A stretch of 64,000 nucleotides of DNA, from contig OX597819.1 of NCBI GenBank assembly GCA_951406725.2, forward strand, positions 29,822,001-29,886,000, given 5' to 3'. The translations under genes and the position numbers were made by a program. The stretch's first letter is position 1. Each line of letters begins with the position of its first letter. Under the pieces are notes generated by a model that was given only the letters and a program-made list of their open reading frames with translations, was not told the origin of the DNA and did no database searches. This DNA comes from Octopus vulgaris (lineage: Eukaryota). Below are positions 1-13,239 of this stretch, one piece after another.

Positions 1-871
1 AAGGTGGCTGATATCGTAGCAGTAGTAGTTGGTGCTGAGCTGATAGTGTGTTTACGTCCCCGTTTCGTAGCGGTTCGGCAAAAGAGAACGATAGAATGAG
101 TACTAGGCTTTAAGAAATAAGCATTGGTGTCGATTCGATCAACTAAAATTTTTCAAGGCTTTGCCCCAACATGGCCGCAGTCTGACGACAAAGCGAGTTA
201 AAAGGTTAAAGATACGTAAGTGTGAGTATGTGTGTGAGTGTGTGTGTGTGTGAGTGTGTGTGTGTGTGTGTGTGTGAGTGTGTGGTGTGTGTGTGTGTAT
301 TATTTCATGAATCTGTTCCAGCAGAGCTGATAAACATTCTTAAGAAAGCCTCAACGAAAAATTATTCATAAGTTTGTGAGAAAGCGCTGAAGCAAAAAAC
401 CTTGGTTGTTATTCACGCAGGCAGTTGAGTTCGCGAGTGAAGCCATTTCACTTCAATTACGTTGTTAATGCCTTTTGAGGGAGACAAAATCACATGATTT
501 TTATTTTCTGTACTTCCAAAACATTCAGGATTCTTTCATTTTCTTTTAGCTGTTTTTGTCTTGAACAATTAATTATTTTCTTTCATTCACACTGATCCAG
601 TTCTGTAATTAACAGGCGTAAACGATCATTGCCAAACCGACTCTCAGGCTGCAAGCAAAACAATTTCAAAATTCCTTTCGTATAATTATAAAGGTAATTG
701 TAATTTGAATCAAACAGATCTCCGTTTGGTTTGCATTCTAAGAATTTTCAAATAATGTGCAAAAATTTTGCTTAAATAATTTACGTGTCCCCTATTTCTT
801 TTATAGGTCATCCAACTATTTTTCTATTATTTGAAACTTCCACTTCAATGATTTCATTTTTTGCGCCACTG

Positions 872-1182
872 CCGCGTGGCTTAGTGGTTAGAATATTCTG
901 CTCACGATCACAAAGTCGTGAGTTCGATTCCTGAAGGCATGTTACGTCCTTGGGCAAAACATTTTATTTCACTTTGCTCCAGTCCACTCAGCTGAGTTGT
1001 AGTTTTAATTGAAAAGGCCAGCTTTGCCACATTTTGAGTTGCGCTGAAACTCTCTGAGAACTATGTTAAGGGTGTGCGTGTTTATAGAGTGCTCAGCCAC
1101 TTACACATTAATTCCCCGAGTAGGCTATTCCATTGATCGGGACATTTGGAACCCACGTTGTCGTAACCGACGGAGTGTCAGT
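872..1182 (+). mobile_element. tRNA-headed SINE, family A (CORE-like central motif)
   Basis: GCGTGGCTTAGTGGTTAG (A-box-like), GAGTTCGATTCC (B-box), GTCCTTGGGCAAAACATTT core-like motif; similar to copies at 1323, 1575, 27579. Confidence 0.75.
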
Positions 1183-1322
1183 TTTTTTATGGCAAGTATT
1201 TGTTTTATCGACCTTAAGAATTCTAGCAATGGTTGAACTCAAAACCTAATACTGTTCGATATTTGGCGGCTATTCCATTGTCTCTGAAAAAAACTCTTAA
1301 CTTTGAATTTTACTATCATATT

Positions 1323-1935
1323 GGGGAGACGCGTGGCTTAGTAGTTAGGGCATTCGACTCACGATTGTAAAGTCGGGAATTCAATTCCCGGCGACGCGTT
1401 GTGTCCTTGAGCAAGACACTTAATTTCACGTTGCTCAAGTTCACTCAGCCGACAAAAATGAGTTGCACCTGTATTTCAAAGAACCAGCCTTGTCACGGTT
1501 AATTTCACGAACAAGCTGCTCCGCTGATCGTATCAGCTGGGACCCTCGTCTCGTTACCGACGGAATGCTCCTTTTGTGGTTAGGGCAGCAGACTCGCGGT
1601 CACAGGATCGCAGTTTCGATTCCCAGACTGGGCGCTATGAGTTTTATTGAGCGAAAACATCTGAAGCTCCACAAGGTTCAGGCAGCGGATGGTGGCGAAC
1701 CCTGCTGTATTCTTTCACCACAACTTTCTCTCATTCTTTCTTCTTGTTTCTGTTGTACCTGTATTTCAAAGGGCCAGCCTTGTCACATTCTGTGTCACGC
1801 TGAATCTCCCCGAGAACTACATTAAGGGTACACGTGTCTGCGGAGTGCTCAGCCACTTGCATGTTAATTTCTCAAGTAGGTTGTTCCGTTGATCGGACCA
1901 ACTGGAACCCTCGTTGTCGTAACCGATGGTGTGCC
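1323..1935 (+). mobile_element. Two tandem family-A SINEs
   Basis: Two A/B-box heads (1323, ~1575), each followed by the shared tail GGAACCCTCGTTGTCGTAACCGA; GTGTCCTTGAGCAAGACACTTAA in the first. Confidence 0.7.
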
Positions 1936-2235
1936 ACGACTATCATATTAAAAAGAAGAGTTTTGACTCAATAGTTCCCCACCCATCACCGCAAAAGTCA
2001 CTTAAATCAAATATCTCGCATGCTGTTAATCTTTTGTAGATGTTTTCTGATCAATGGGGAAAACGAATTTTAGTCTATAATAATGCAACGTAAGTAAATT
2101 TACATTCAGAAATGACTTACTGAAATACAAGGGAGAAAAAAATATAATAAGAATAAGAATAGGAACAAGAATAAGAATACGAATAATGATTACAGCGTGT
2201 GAGAAAATGATGAGAACACTGACAAAAAGAAAAAG

Positions 2236-2279
2236 TAGTAGTAGTAGTAGTAGTAGTAGCAGCAGTAGCAGTTGTTGTT

Positions 2280-2327
<48 letters not shown>

Positions 2328-2475
2328 AGAGGGGAGGAGGGAGAGGAAGCGGAAAGAAGAAAGACAGGAAAAGTAGTAGTAGTAGTAGAAGAAGAAGAAG
2401 AAAGATGATGATGATGATGATAATGAGGATGATGAAGAAGAAGAAGAAGAAGAAGAAGAAGAAGAAGAAGAAGAA
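2236..2475. repeat. Compound (AGT)n/(GAT)n/(AAG)n microsatellite
   Basis: Directly visible trinucleotide runs; source of the spurious poly-S/M/K ORF. Confidence 0.95.
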
Positions 2476-2944
2476 ATTATCTACGAAATATAAAAGTATT
2501 TATAATTTCATTCAACAATAAATTTCCGAAAAGAAAATAAGAAAAAAGAAAACAAAAACAGCTCAAAAAGCAGGGGAGAAAAAAAGGTACCATCGGTTAA
2601 AAAACAATAAGTCATCTTCTATATAAATTGTATTACGTGTTCAAACTTTGCTCCACTAATTTGGCAGGTTTTAATTATTGCAATCAAAAGATTATTTCTA
2701 TAGCTAGATTCGAGATTAATTGCTAATAACACTTTGTTACGGCTTTTATACTGGCATTAATTTTGACGTGATTTGCAAAACTAAAATAACAGGAAATAAA
2801 TTACCTTTTTTTCTGTTTTTTTTTTTAATTGTTTTGTTTTGTTTTGTTAACCAAACTATAATTACTGCAAAGAAAAAGCCACGATGATTTAATATTGTCG
2901 TTACTGTTGTTGCTGTTGCAATTAGAATTTTTGATGTTTTTGTA

Positions 2945-3352
2945 GTTGTTGTTGTTGATGATGATGATGATGATGATGGTGATGTTTTTGTTGAAGCGTT
3001 TGTTGTTGCTCATAAGTTTGTGATTTGTTTTTTTGTTTTTTTATCACCGCTATCACTACCGCCACTACGACGATGACGACGACTATAATGATGGTCACCA
3101 CCACCACCACCACCACCACCACCACCACCACAATCATAAACAACAAGAGAAGCAGCAGGAGCAGCCGCAGCAGCGTTGTGTTTACCGCCATCATCATCGT
3201 TATCATCATCATCATCATCATCATCATCATTATCATCATCATCATCATCACCTCCATTATCATCACCGCTACCGTGGTCGTCATCATTACCACCGCTGTT
3301 GTCGCCGGCATCGTTTCATCATTACATCATCATCATCATCATCATCATCACA
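2945..3352. repeat. Compound (GAT)n/(CAC)n/(CAT)n microsatellite
   Basis: Directly visible; source of the poly-H/T/I/S ORFs. Confidence 0.95.
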
Positions 3353-3724
3353 ACAAATTCTAGTGTACGCTACAAGATTATATATTTTAGCGGGAGGATA
3401 TAGTAGAAAGAACCGGTTGTGGTTCGTCAGTGATACTTATATTATCGGTTCCACATGGATGCAAATTAGTGTTGTCCCCTGCTGGATTCGAACCTAGAGC
3501 GTAAACTGAAATAACTGAATACTGCAAGATGTTTACTTCAACGTTTTTCTAATTTTGACACACCAGTCAGAGATTTAGAGGTGAAAGCGGTTCAGGTGAG
3601 ACTGGTGACCCCAGTACTTGACTGCGTACTTATCGTCTGCGGAGTAATGAAAGATAAGCTGACCGCAGCAGAATTTGGACTCAAAACGTAAAGAAAGAAC
3701 TAGAACAAATAATTTATTTACTTT

Positions 3725-4155
3725 AGCCACAAGGCCTGGAATTTTTAAGACACGGTGCTAGTCGATTATATCGTCCCCAGTGCTGGTACTTATTTTATCG
3801 ACCCCAAAAAAGATGAAAGACAAAGTCAACCTCGGCAGAATTTGAAATCAGAACGTAAAGACGTACAAAATGCGAGAGAGCATAATAATTTAGAGACAGA
3901 GAAAATGCTTAACAGTATTTCGTCCGCTGTGCTAATGATTCTGCCTGGTCGCAGCCTTAAATGAAGCAATAATAATGATTTCAAGTTTTGGTACAAGGCC
4001 GGCAATTTCGGGGAAGGGGGTAAATCGATTACATCGACCCCAGTACTCAACTGATACTTACTTTATCGGACCCGACCCGAAAGGATGAAAGGAAAAGTTG
4101 ACCTCAGCAGAATTTGAACTCAAGCATGCTAATGATTCTACTAGCTCGCCGTCTT
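3725..4155 (-). mobile_element. Two family-C SINE copies (Meta-domain-like)
   Basis: Reverse complement of GTCGACTTTGCCTTTCATCCTTTCGGGGTCGATAAA..AGTACCAG motif, present twice. Confidence 0.7.
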
Positions 4156-4156
4156 C

Positions 4157-4218
<62 letters not shown>

Positions 4219-4220
<2 letters not shown>

Positions 4221-4773
4221 GCCTGGTGCAGTATCAGGCAATGACTCTCATGGCTTCTGGTCTTAACTGATTAGAAGTATTATAATGAACATGTTTTGTC
4301 TTGGTGTAAAAGATGGGCTACAGCAAATATTCTACTCAGTACCACAGATTTGCTTGTCAGTTGTTTGACCATAACCAATTGCGTATGTCCCTTGGTGGCT
4401 GAGGATATGTGCATCTATGATCATGAGCAGAGTTAGTGGGGGAGGATCATAGCCATGTGTTGAGAGGAAATATTTGGGGTTTGAATAATTCCCCTCTGGA
4501 AATATGGGTGTTTCGTTCAATATCCTTAAACAAACCTTATTCAGGAACCTTTTAAGCGGGATGGGCTACTCGAACTGAAGAAAATTCTAACTGGGCGCCA
4601 CCTGCAAAGTCATGTGCTGTCTATGTTGATATGAGATCACCATGTCATGCCCATATGGTTGTGATGCATATGCCTGGTGTACCCTTATCAGACGGTTAGT
4701 CATGGTGGATATATTAGGCTTCGTATATTTGTACCCCAGTGTCACTTTGCTGACATGCGCTGCTCACCCACTC
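4219..4773. mobile_element. ~555-bp non-coding element inserted in (AAT)n
   Basis: Highly similar to 50989-51543 along its full length; (AAT)n on both sides (4157-4218, 4774-4846). Confidence 0.8.
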
Positions 4774-4800
4774 AATAATAATAATAATAATAATAATAAC

Positions 4801-4845
<45 letters not shown>

Positions 4846-5355
4846 CGTTTCTGCTTTAGGTACAAGGTGAACAGTTTGGAAGAGGAGGATTGATTGATAC
4901 CACCTATTCCAGTACTTAATGCATTATTTTAACGATCCCTAAATGATAAAAGGCAAATTCGACCCCGGCAGGATAATGAAAAAAATGATTCTTTATTAGA
5001 CAGTAGTCCCCAAAGAGATATAAAAAATAGAAACAAATTTTCACGAGAGGATATACAGAAAGAAAAGTAAATTGGAGAATGAAGAAGAAACGTTTAACAG
5101 GTGAAAAGGGAGGGTATGTAGGAGACGTTATACAACATGAAATCACGTGTTCTGGCTGTTCCGGCAGCCATAGCAGACACTTCCCGTTAGCCAACGATAT
5201 AATTACATGTGGTTTTCTGCACCACGTGTCCTTATGTCTCATATGCCTTCAAGATAATATTATAAGTATTTTATAGTAGTTTTCTACTTCGAATTGACTC
5301 TTGTACCCTTGCATTCGTAGTAAATAAAATATTTCTGTGTAAAATTTGAGGTAAT

Positions 5356-5560
5356 CTATTATATAAAATCTGCCTGTGCGTGTGTCTTTTAGGATCTAGG
5401 GCATCTTCCATCCGATTGCGCTCAAATTAGAGATATGTAGATACCGACGGTATCAGGGCGTGTATAAGTCTTGAAAAAATTACAAAAATCGATTCCAGGT
5501 GAAAATTCGATCGATAAAGCCGTGGGAACGTGCATATGTAAAATCGTTTTTCTTGGAATA
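5356..5560 (+). mobile_element. Helitron-like non-autonomous 5' fragment
   Basis: A|TCTATTATATAAAA start followed by a TCTGCCTGTGCGTGTGTC microsatellite-like leader, similar in layout to the Helitron at 54922-55275. Confidence 0.4.
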
Positions 5561-6664
5561 GAAAAAAGTATATCTTTATTTCTTCTTTTTCTGGTGTCTC
5601 AAATTTAGGTTAAATCAGTGTTTCTCAAAGGGGAGACCTATGGGACGGTCGGACAAGTTGTTTTCAGAAAATTTGTTTTAAATGTTTGACAACTCAGCAC
5701 CGTCCATTGGACGGGGGGCATTTTGCTCGTGTATTATAAAGTGCGTGAAACTGTGCAGCGTTGTGGTTGGGGTATTCATTTCACACTCGTTATGTCGTGG
5801 GTTTGGTTCCATTGTTGGACTGAACAATACATTGTATTCTTGATAAAGGAATTCACCTCGCAATGCTTCAATCTACTTTAATGAAAATTATTACCAGCGG
5901 TAACTGGATAGTTAATTTTGAGATGAACTCAACAAGAGAGTCTTATGCATTCTGTCACTTGAACGTCACGAAAACTGGGACGAGCAGTGTGTAGACTTGA
6001 GACAAGCTACATAACTTAATTAATTACAAATGAAGTCTTTATTTTGATCCATTTTTTCTTAGTCATCCTAATTCGTCATTTAGCTTACTATTCAGAATAT
6101 TATAATTATACTTATCACTAGGACAACTAAAATATACATCGGGCGTTAAGCTCTGTTTAAATTGTGAATCTTCTACTGCTATATAATTAATTTCTGATCT
6201 TTTTCTTTTTCACTTATGTGTGTTGTTCATCAATTCCTAATTACTTGCAAACTTGCTTGCAAATTTAAAATTCTTATACCTCCTCCCTTTTTTTTTTATC
6301 TGACATAATGTTTTTTTAAATAATATTTTCCCTCTCCACAAAATTGCCTTGGTACAATTTTCTAAACTAGAATTTCCAGTTGGATGCATTTTAGGTTATT
6401 CCTTTTGAATGTGAGGAATGTGTAAGCGCAAACTATGAATGCTAAGTTTCCATCAAATATTTATTTTATCAAACAAAACATCTTGCTCCATTTGCTTCAG
6501 TGACATATTACTAAAGAAATACAAAAGGAACATCTTTATAGAAATAAACAATAATGATGGCAATACGAACAATGTAAATGAAACAGAGCAGTAAGAATAT
6601 GAATATCAATAAGAATAGCGGCTACACAACGGAAACACTACTACTACTGCTGCCGCTGCTGCTA

Positions 6665-6712
<48 letters not shown>

Positions 6713-6766
6713 CACTATTACTACTACTACTACTACTACTACTAATAATAATAATAATAATAATAA

Positions 6767-7805
6767 TTTCATTTATTAGTCACCTGGGCCCACATATAAG
6801 GGACAATACAGTAGACGTGGAAGCGGGAGTTTTACACAAAACACCGACTACGCAATTAAAACAATAACAATAATATCAAACAAGAACAACATAGCACTAA
6901 AAGTTCCCCAATAGGAGTTGGCTCAGGTACTCCACCAATCCTGAACCATTCAACACTTTGAGGGCACCCTTCTCCTTCTCAAATTCGCTAGCCTAGATCC
7001 ACTCACACGGGCGTATTTTCGCTCCATTCACTCACGTTTTAGCAAATGTACTGGGGGCAGCACTTCTCTTTCTACCCGCATCTTCCTTTCCAAGTGAAAT
7101 TTGAAAAAGTTGATGAGGGATTCGCCGAAGAGAAAAGTATCTGCCTTTAGTCCTTTCAGCCTGGTCCACCATACATCCTTTTTTGCTACTGCTGTCAGAC
7201 AGAGGAAAATTGCTTGCCCTTCCGGACCAATGGAAGGCGGTGGATCGATTTTCACTATAGACTCGGGCGATGGCCGGATCCGTCCTACACGTGATAACAG
7301 CTGTTCAACATAACACCACAAGTCAGTAATGCAAGAACACTGGACGAGTGGGTGCAGAACGGTTTCGTCGCACTGCGCGCATCTTGGGCAGGTCCGTCTG
7401 ACAGCACTTCCATCCCTGTAGAGTTTATGTTATACCAGCAGTGCCCCCACCACCACCGGTAGCGTTCCCAAGCTAGGGATTTCTAGAAGTTATCCATCGT
7501 CCCCGGCTCGAAAAGTCCTCCGAAACAGACTGGTCAGTTCGACTTCATCGACGCCTAGCGACTCTCCGAGTGCGTCATTGCTCCACTAACCCTCTATAGA
7601 ACTCGAGAGTAGATGTTCCACTGATCAAATTGCCCATCTGGTAAAGGGCAGTGAGTGCCTGGCGACATTCCAGATGCCAATCACCCTGTCTCGGTCTCTT
7701 CTTGATCGAGGACTGCAGCTCAGTGAGGGAGACGAGCTGTAGAAAGGCCCGTTTGACACTGGTCATTGTTTAGACAGAATATCTGGAGATCCGCAGCCTC
7801 AGTGC
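6767..7805 (-). mobile_element. 5'-truncated L1/Tx1-clade LINE (ORF2 C-terminus + 3' UTR), degenerate
   Basis: Minus-strand translation contains CPRCAQCDETVLHPLVQC (CCHC finger) and AKKDVWWTR; ends in AATAAATGAAA followed by an (ATT)n tail; has stops and frameshifts. Confidence 0.8.
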
Positions 7806-9520
7806 GATGCAGCTAGTGCAGATACATTCGGTTTTAAACTTGTCAACTTTAGCTGCGAGTTTCCTCGCTGTTATCACATTCAATCCAATTCTTTTATAGG
7901 AAAATAAAGTTCCAGTATGGTTAAAGCCAGATTCAACCAGGTATGAGGTAGGGAAAGCAAGTAAAAGTAATTTCAGATGTATCCACAGATTGGGGTAGGA
8001 ATTCTATATACTCTGATGTTACCACAAACGTTCTTTTCCATTACGGCGATATCGCATTGTGGCGTCATTGTCATTTTGTAATTCTATGAATTTCTCCTGG
8101 ACATCATCTTCACAATCGACTGCATCGACCTCAAACGGATTGCTATACCAATTTGGAATATTCAGTACAATAACATCTTGAAATCGCTCCACCATGCTAT
8201 CGTGCAAGGATTGTAAATAGTTGCAATATGTAGTTAAATCCTCATCAATCGATTCATCTTTCAAAGAATCAAGTTATGGAAATTGATGGAATTTACGTTT
8301 TGAAATGTTAGTCTTAAACAACACCAATTTCGAAATGAAGGTAGTGATAAATGATTCACAATCAACGAGAGTTTTTCTGTTTCCGTGCAATAACTTATTC
8401 AAATAATTTAATTTTGTGAATATATCACATAGAAAAAAGATATCGTACCTTGCAGCCATCAATGAAGTGGATAGTGGAGTATTTTCAAAGAAAAAGATAT
8501 ATAAAATAGTTCAACAAAGCGTAAAACACAGTTTCCTTTTGACAACCACCGCACTTCTGTATAGTATAAGAGTTTAGTATGGTCCTCATCATTTCTCAGA
8601 CAGAGTTGACTGAAAATTCGATCAGACAAGGGACTGGAGTTCAACTTATTCACAGTCTTGATAACAAACTGTAGCGCATCATTCAATCTACTGTTCATAT
8701 TTTTGCCACTAAATACTGCCAGTGTGCCAAGCAATGAACAGTTAGTATCTGGTGAGAAATTTCACACTTTAAGAAAGATGAAAAACTTCTGTACCTTCCT
8801 ATCATCGAAGGAGCTCCATCAGATGCACAGGCAAGAATATTACTGAAGAGTGTGAAAAATAGTTGCACCTTTTGAATCAAGCGGCAATTTCTCTGCGAAC
8901 AGCATTTCCTCACAAGGTTGAAGGTCTTCGCTGAAATACCGAATATATACCATCACCAAGCATTGATCGTCGACAACGGCTGATTCATTCAATTGTATAG
9001 AAAATTCAGAACACTGGAGAATATTAATGAGCTGATGTTTGACATCGTTGGCCATTTCATCGATGCGTCGAGAAATTCTGTTAATACTAACTGGGATCTT
9101 CTTCATAATGTTATCGCGTTTTTCGTGCATAACGGTTGACAAAACCTCTTCGATAACTGGGCGAAATAACGTTTCTCCAATTGTGTGAAACTTCCCAGAC
9201 TTAGTAACAAGCAATACAATGTTGTACGATGCAATCAACCCGTCATTCTCCTGTTTACTAGTTTCCTGGAGTCGCGTGTTGAATGTTTGTATTTGCTTTT
9301 TGAAAGAGGAGCTCAGTTGCAAAAAGTATGATAACGGCTTATCCTTCTTGTCAGAATGCTTTGCCTCAAAGTGATACTTCAAGCGTGAAGGTTTCATTGT
9401 TTCGTTGGTCAATGTTTGATGGCAAAGAAGGCACATTGGTAACTGACAGTTCTGAGGAGAGAGAATAAATCCAAACGATAAATAATTATTACTGTACTGT
9501 CGACAAATTTTCTGTACAGT
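7800..9520 (-). pseudogene. Decayed hAT (Buster/Charlie; ZBED5/ZBED8/SCAND3-like) transposase
   Basis: Colinear motifs across several frames: CRQYS..YLSFGF, PMCLLC..MKPSRLKYHFEAKH (BED finger), QLNESA, CASDGAPSMIG, VHCLAH, LLYYTEVRWLSKG, LLAFPTSYLVESGF, KLTSLKPNV; multiple frameshifts and stops. Confidence 0.92.
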
Positions 9521-10333
9521 GAAAATGTGAAGACGAATTTCTATAGACAGTATCAGAAAGGCAGTATGATATTCAATAGAGCAGAGTCAGATGACACGTC
9601 TTTACTGGAGCAAATACGGATCTAGTTCGTTTGGCTGCCAGCATTTCAAAAATTAAAGTTTATCAAAAATTTTAGAATTTGGCACATTAATGTATCTTTC
9701 CAAGCTAAATTGCTGGAGTTATTCAACTTGTTTTTAAAAAAGTTATAGAGATTTAAAGTTTGATCATTTTCACCCAGTCAAGAAACACGATGTCAAAGCT
9801 GTCATTTTGTGCGTAACTGCACATTTTGTCAACATCTTGAAAATAGCACTTGTGTTTTGATATGAAACCACAGAATTACGCACGACATACAACCCCTCAT
9901 AACTTTTTATTTTCCGTAGTTTTCTGAAAATGTTGGAGAATTTGAATTCTATACACGGGACTTCATACGATTATGCAAAAAAATGTAGTGGAGTGTGATT
10001 TAAGGCCTATGCCTATTTGGCTGCTATTTTTAGCACGCCTGACAACCATTTCAATGATTGCAACAAAAATATTCGATCGATAAACAAGTCCGCTTTTTTA
10101 ATAAAAAGGGACGTCTCATGCGAGCAGTCAAATCGATAAAGGTGCATCCTTATTCTAGGCATGCCGAGATATCAGTAAACGCAAACTTAATTTCTAAAAA
10201 ATCATTGTCACCCACTAATTGCTCATATCGCCCACCAAAGTCTCGAATTGCCCACTATTTGCCCATCGACCACCTGTAAGTTGAAGTGGTCGATATCACC
10301 GGTCGGTGATATCGTCCACTTTGGGAAGCTATG

Positions 10334-11045
10334 CTGTAAATACTTGGGCAGTATCATTACTTAGATACTCAGCAGCTTTTGTAGATTGGACAAAAACTGA
10401 ATTATCAAAGCTAGGCAGAAGAACTAGGAAGGAATTCAATATGAACGGACCTACCAAGAAAGGAAGGCGGAAGAGGGTTAATATCAGTAGAATACTGCGT
10501 AGAGTTAGCTAGAGTAGATATAGACTCCTAAGTAGGATTACCTACTTAGGAGGAAAGAAAGTTTCTTAAAAGCTGCTATGGTCACAGCAAGACATAAGGA
10601 AACCAAAAACCCAAACGAAGTTAAGAACCAGGAAAAAGAACAGAAATTATCTGACTGGCAGAGGTGTTGCTTGGTAGATTCCCTAAGATAGATGCAGCAA
10701 ATAGTAGTAGTGAGACATGGTTATGGTTTCAGAAAGGAAAGCTGAAAAGAGAGACAGAAAGTTTGTTTGTAGCTTCCTAAGATCAAACATTAAGGACTAA
10801 TTGGATAATCTTTTTGAGCCATGTTGTTATTTGAGTGCTGATATTTCCAAGTGTACCAATTACTACTGGTATCACGTATTCCCTCCTTATTGGCCACAAA
10901 CTTCGTAATTCCCATTTCATATAATCGTAGTTCAGCTTTTCTTCTTTCTCTTTGATCCTGTTGTCACCGGGACATGCTATTATTATTTTTATTATCATTA
11001 TCATTTTCTCTACCAGATAATCGGTATCTAAAGCTCGTGTTTTGG
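10334..11045. mobile_element. R4/Dong-like RLE non-LTR retrotransposon fragments (RT C-terminal part on +, endonuclease part on -)
   Basis: +: AVNTWAVSLLRYSAAFVDWTKTELSKLGRRTRK...ETESLFVAS*DQTLRTNW. -: IACPGDNRIKEKEEK...WELRSLW..VIPVVIGTLG (RLE domain). Confidence 0.75.
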
Positions 11046-11589
11046 ATATTGTGTGAGCAAATAAAGGGAGGTTGAAACAGCTTTCCATTTAAATTAAAGC
11101 TTTCCACTAATCCTTTTTCTTGAAGAAAGGGTACATCTCTGGCGTTACCCCTCTTGTTGTTAACACCAACCATGCTGTTTAATTGTTCAATATAGTGCAT
11201 TTATTTATTCTTAAAATCGTTACTTTTGAAAGGTTTTGAAGTATATGTATTCTCTTTAGAAATCCAATTCGTTTTCTTCTCTTTCCTTTTAATGTCCGTA
11301 AAAACGTGTTTTTCATTTTGCATTTGAAAACATGAAGTAGTTATTTTGTTAGTTTGCAAATGGAGAAGTAACTTCACTTTGCAAACTGAAATTTTTTTCT
11401 CCAAACGTCGAACTATCTTAAAAATAATTCAAATCATACCACTCCATGTAAAAGTTCCTCATTAAAAAAGTTTTCCACATAATTTACTTTGTAAAAAACA
11501 CTGTATCGAATGAGCAAAACCCAAACACATCTAACAGTCAATGCAATAAAAGTAATAAAATACTCGAAACAAAATGAAATGAAGAGAAT

Positions 11590-12030
11590 ATTATCAAAGC
11601 GTATGTCAACATCTAGACACTCTGTTCTTCTTCTAAAATGGACAAAGACCGAGCTACCGAACTTAGATAGGAGGACCAGGAAGCTGCTCACAATGCACAA
11701 TGCGCACCACACAAAAGGTATTATCGACGGGTTCTACTTAACAAGAAAGTGGGGAGCCAGAGTATTGCAGAAGACATCGTTAACTCTGCGATATTGGGGT
11801 TGAAAACTATGTTGCTTCGCAGTGAAGAATGAATAGTACGGAGACTAGAAATATGCAAAAAGTTACTAAAACATGAGGCGAATTCAAGAACAGAAGTAAG
11901 TATGACAGAACAAGTATTTGGAAAGAGAAAGAATTACATGGCCAATTTTTGGAACAAACCGAGGATGTTGGAAGTGAAGAACGCTGGTTGTGGTTTACAA
12001 ACACAAACAAGAAATCGAACAGCTAGATTT
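11590..12030 (+). mobile_element. Second R4/Dong-like retrotransposon fragment
   Basis: KWTKTELPNLDRRTRKLLTMHNAHHTKGIIDGFYLTRKWGAR ... HGQFLEQT..ERWLW; frameshifted. Confidence 0.75.
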
Positions 12031-12169
12031 GGACAGATCAAGTCTAGCTGTTCGATTCGAGACTGCTTTAGCAGCAATAGTAGAGAGATGGGGGAAATAC
12101 TAGAAGGATCTAATCCATTATATCACCGCTCCTATAATATGGTGTTGTGACTTGAAGTTAAAGTTAATA

Positions 12170-12580
12170 ATGGTTTCAAATTTTGGCACAAGACTACCAG
12201 TTTTTGAGAAGAGGGGAAGTACTCCAGTATTTGCCTGGTTATCATTTTATTGACCCCGAAAGGTTGAAAGGCAAAGTCGACCTAGGTGGAATTTAAACCC
12301 AGAACGTAAAGACGGACAAAATGTCGCTAAGTATCTTGCCCGACATGTTTGATTTGCCCATTTGCCTCTTTGTGATTAAAGACAAAATCCGTTCTACTAT
12401 AAGCATGAGGCCTGAAAATTTGAGGAAGGAGATAAGTTAATTACATCGATCCAGTATTCAAATAGTACTTATTCGTCCCCAAAAGGACCTCAGTGGTATT
12501 TGAACTGGGAACTTAAAGACAGACGAATGCCGCTAAGCGTTATGCCCGGCGTACTAACGATTCTGCCATCTCGCAAACTT
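12170..12580 (-). mobile_element. Two degenerate family-C SINEs
   Basis: GACCCCGAAAGGTTGAAAGGCAAAGTCGACC and related motifs. Confidence 0.6.
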
Positions 12581-12681
12581 GGGGTTAAACAATTACTATT
12601 TTTATTTAAGAACAGTGGTGTAACGTCGTTAAAAACTCGCTTGGTATTTAATTCGACGTTTCCGTTCTGAAATCAAAACCC

Positions 12682-13096
12682 GGATCTTTTCGGTTTGAAC
12701 GGCAGTTTTTCTAGCGGTGTCATATGAAATTGTCACCCATAATTATGACCCTAGTATCGATCTATTGCATTTCAATCTCTTTTAGGGTTAGGGTTATGGG
12801 TGGGGGAAGGGTATCTTTTTTTCTTCACAAATTTAAATAAACCCAATCTGTTTCTTAAACGAGGGACATATTCATACGGCACAGAATGCTTTTTAACTCA
12901 ATGGACGTCACTGATTGGTTGAAATTGCAGAAATTGAAGAAAAAAAACAACAAATATCTTACAAACTATAGAATTTTCTCAATAAAGCCAAGAGAAAAAG
13001 ATGTTTTATAAACACATTCTACCAGTATACGAAGTTTAAAATTTTTTAGTTACCTAGAAATTATGTAAAAAACTGCCGTTCAAACCGAAAAGATCT
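12682..13096. mobile_element. MITE (GG-terminal ~29-bp TIR, 8-bp TSD; Merlin-like), copy 1
   Basis: TIR GGATCTTTTCGGTTTGAACGGCAGTTTTT / AAAAACTGCCGTTCAAACCGAAAAGATC(T); TSD CAAAACCC. Confidence 0.92.
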
Positions 13097-13239
13097 CAAA
13101 ACCCATTCTGGTCAAATGAGCCTTTCATCCTCACGAGCATAATAATAAGTCGACATCGGTTAAGAACTGAGCTCCATGTTATCGACAGTTGCATTCTCCT
13201 AATTTGAGAACTTGTTTCAATGTAAGAAATTATTAAAGC

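Noticed and set aside
872-935. tRNA genes (several A/B-box heads in the window)
   Set aside because: No complete cloverleaf; each head continues into a SINE body.
2186-3497. Homopolymeric ORFs (poly-S/H/T/I/M)
   Set aside because: They are translations of trinucleotide microsatellites, open in several frames, with no domain or splice evidence.
7800-9520. Domesticated ZBED/SCAND3-like host gene
   Set aside because: Multiple frameshifts and stops, and the first catalytic Asp appears as Asn; this is a dead transposase.
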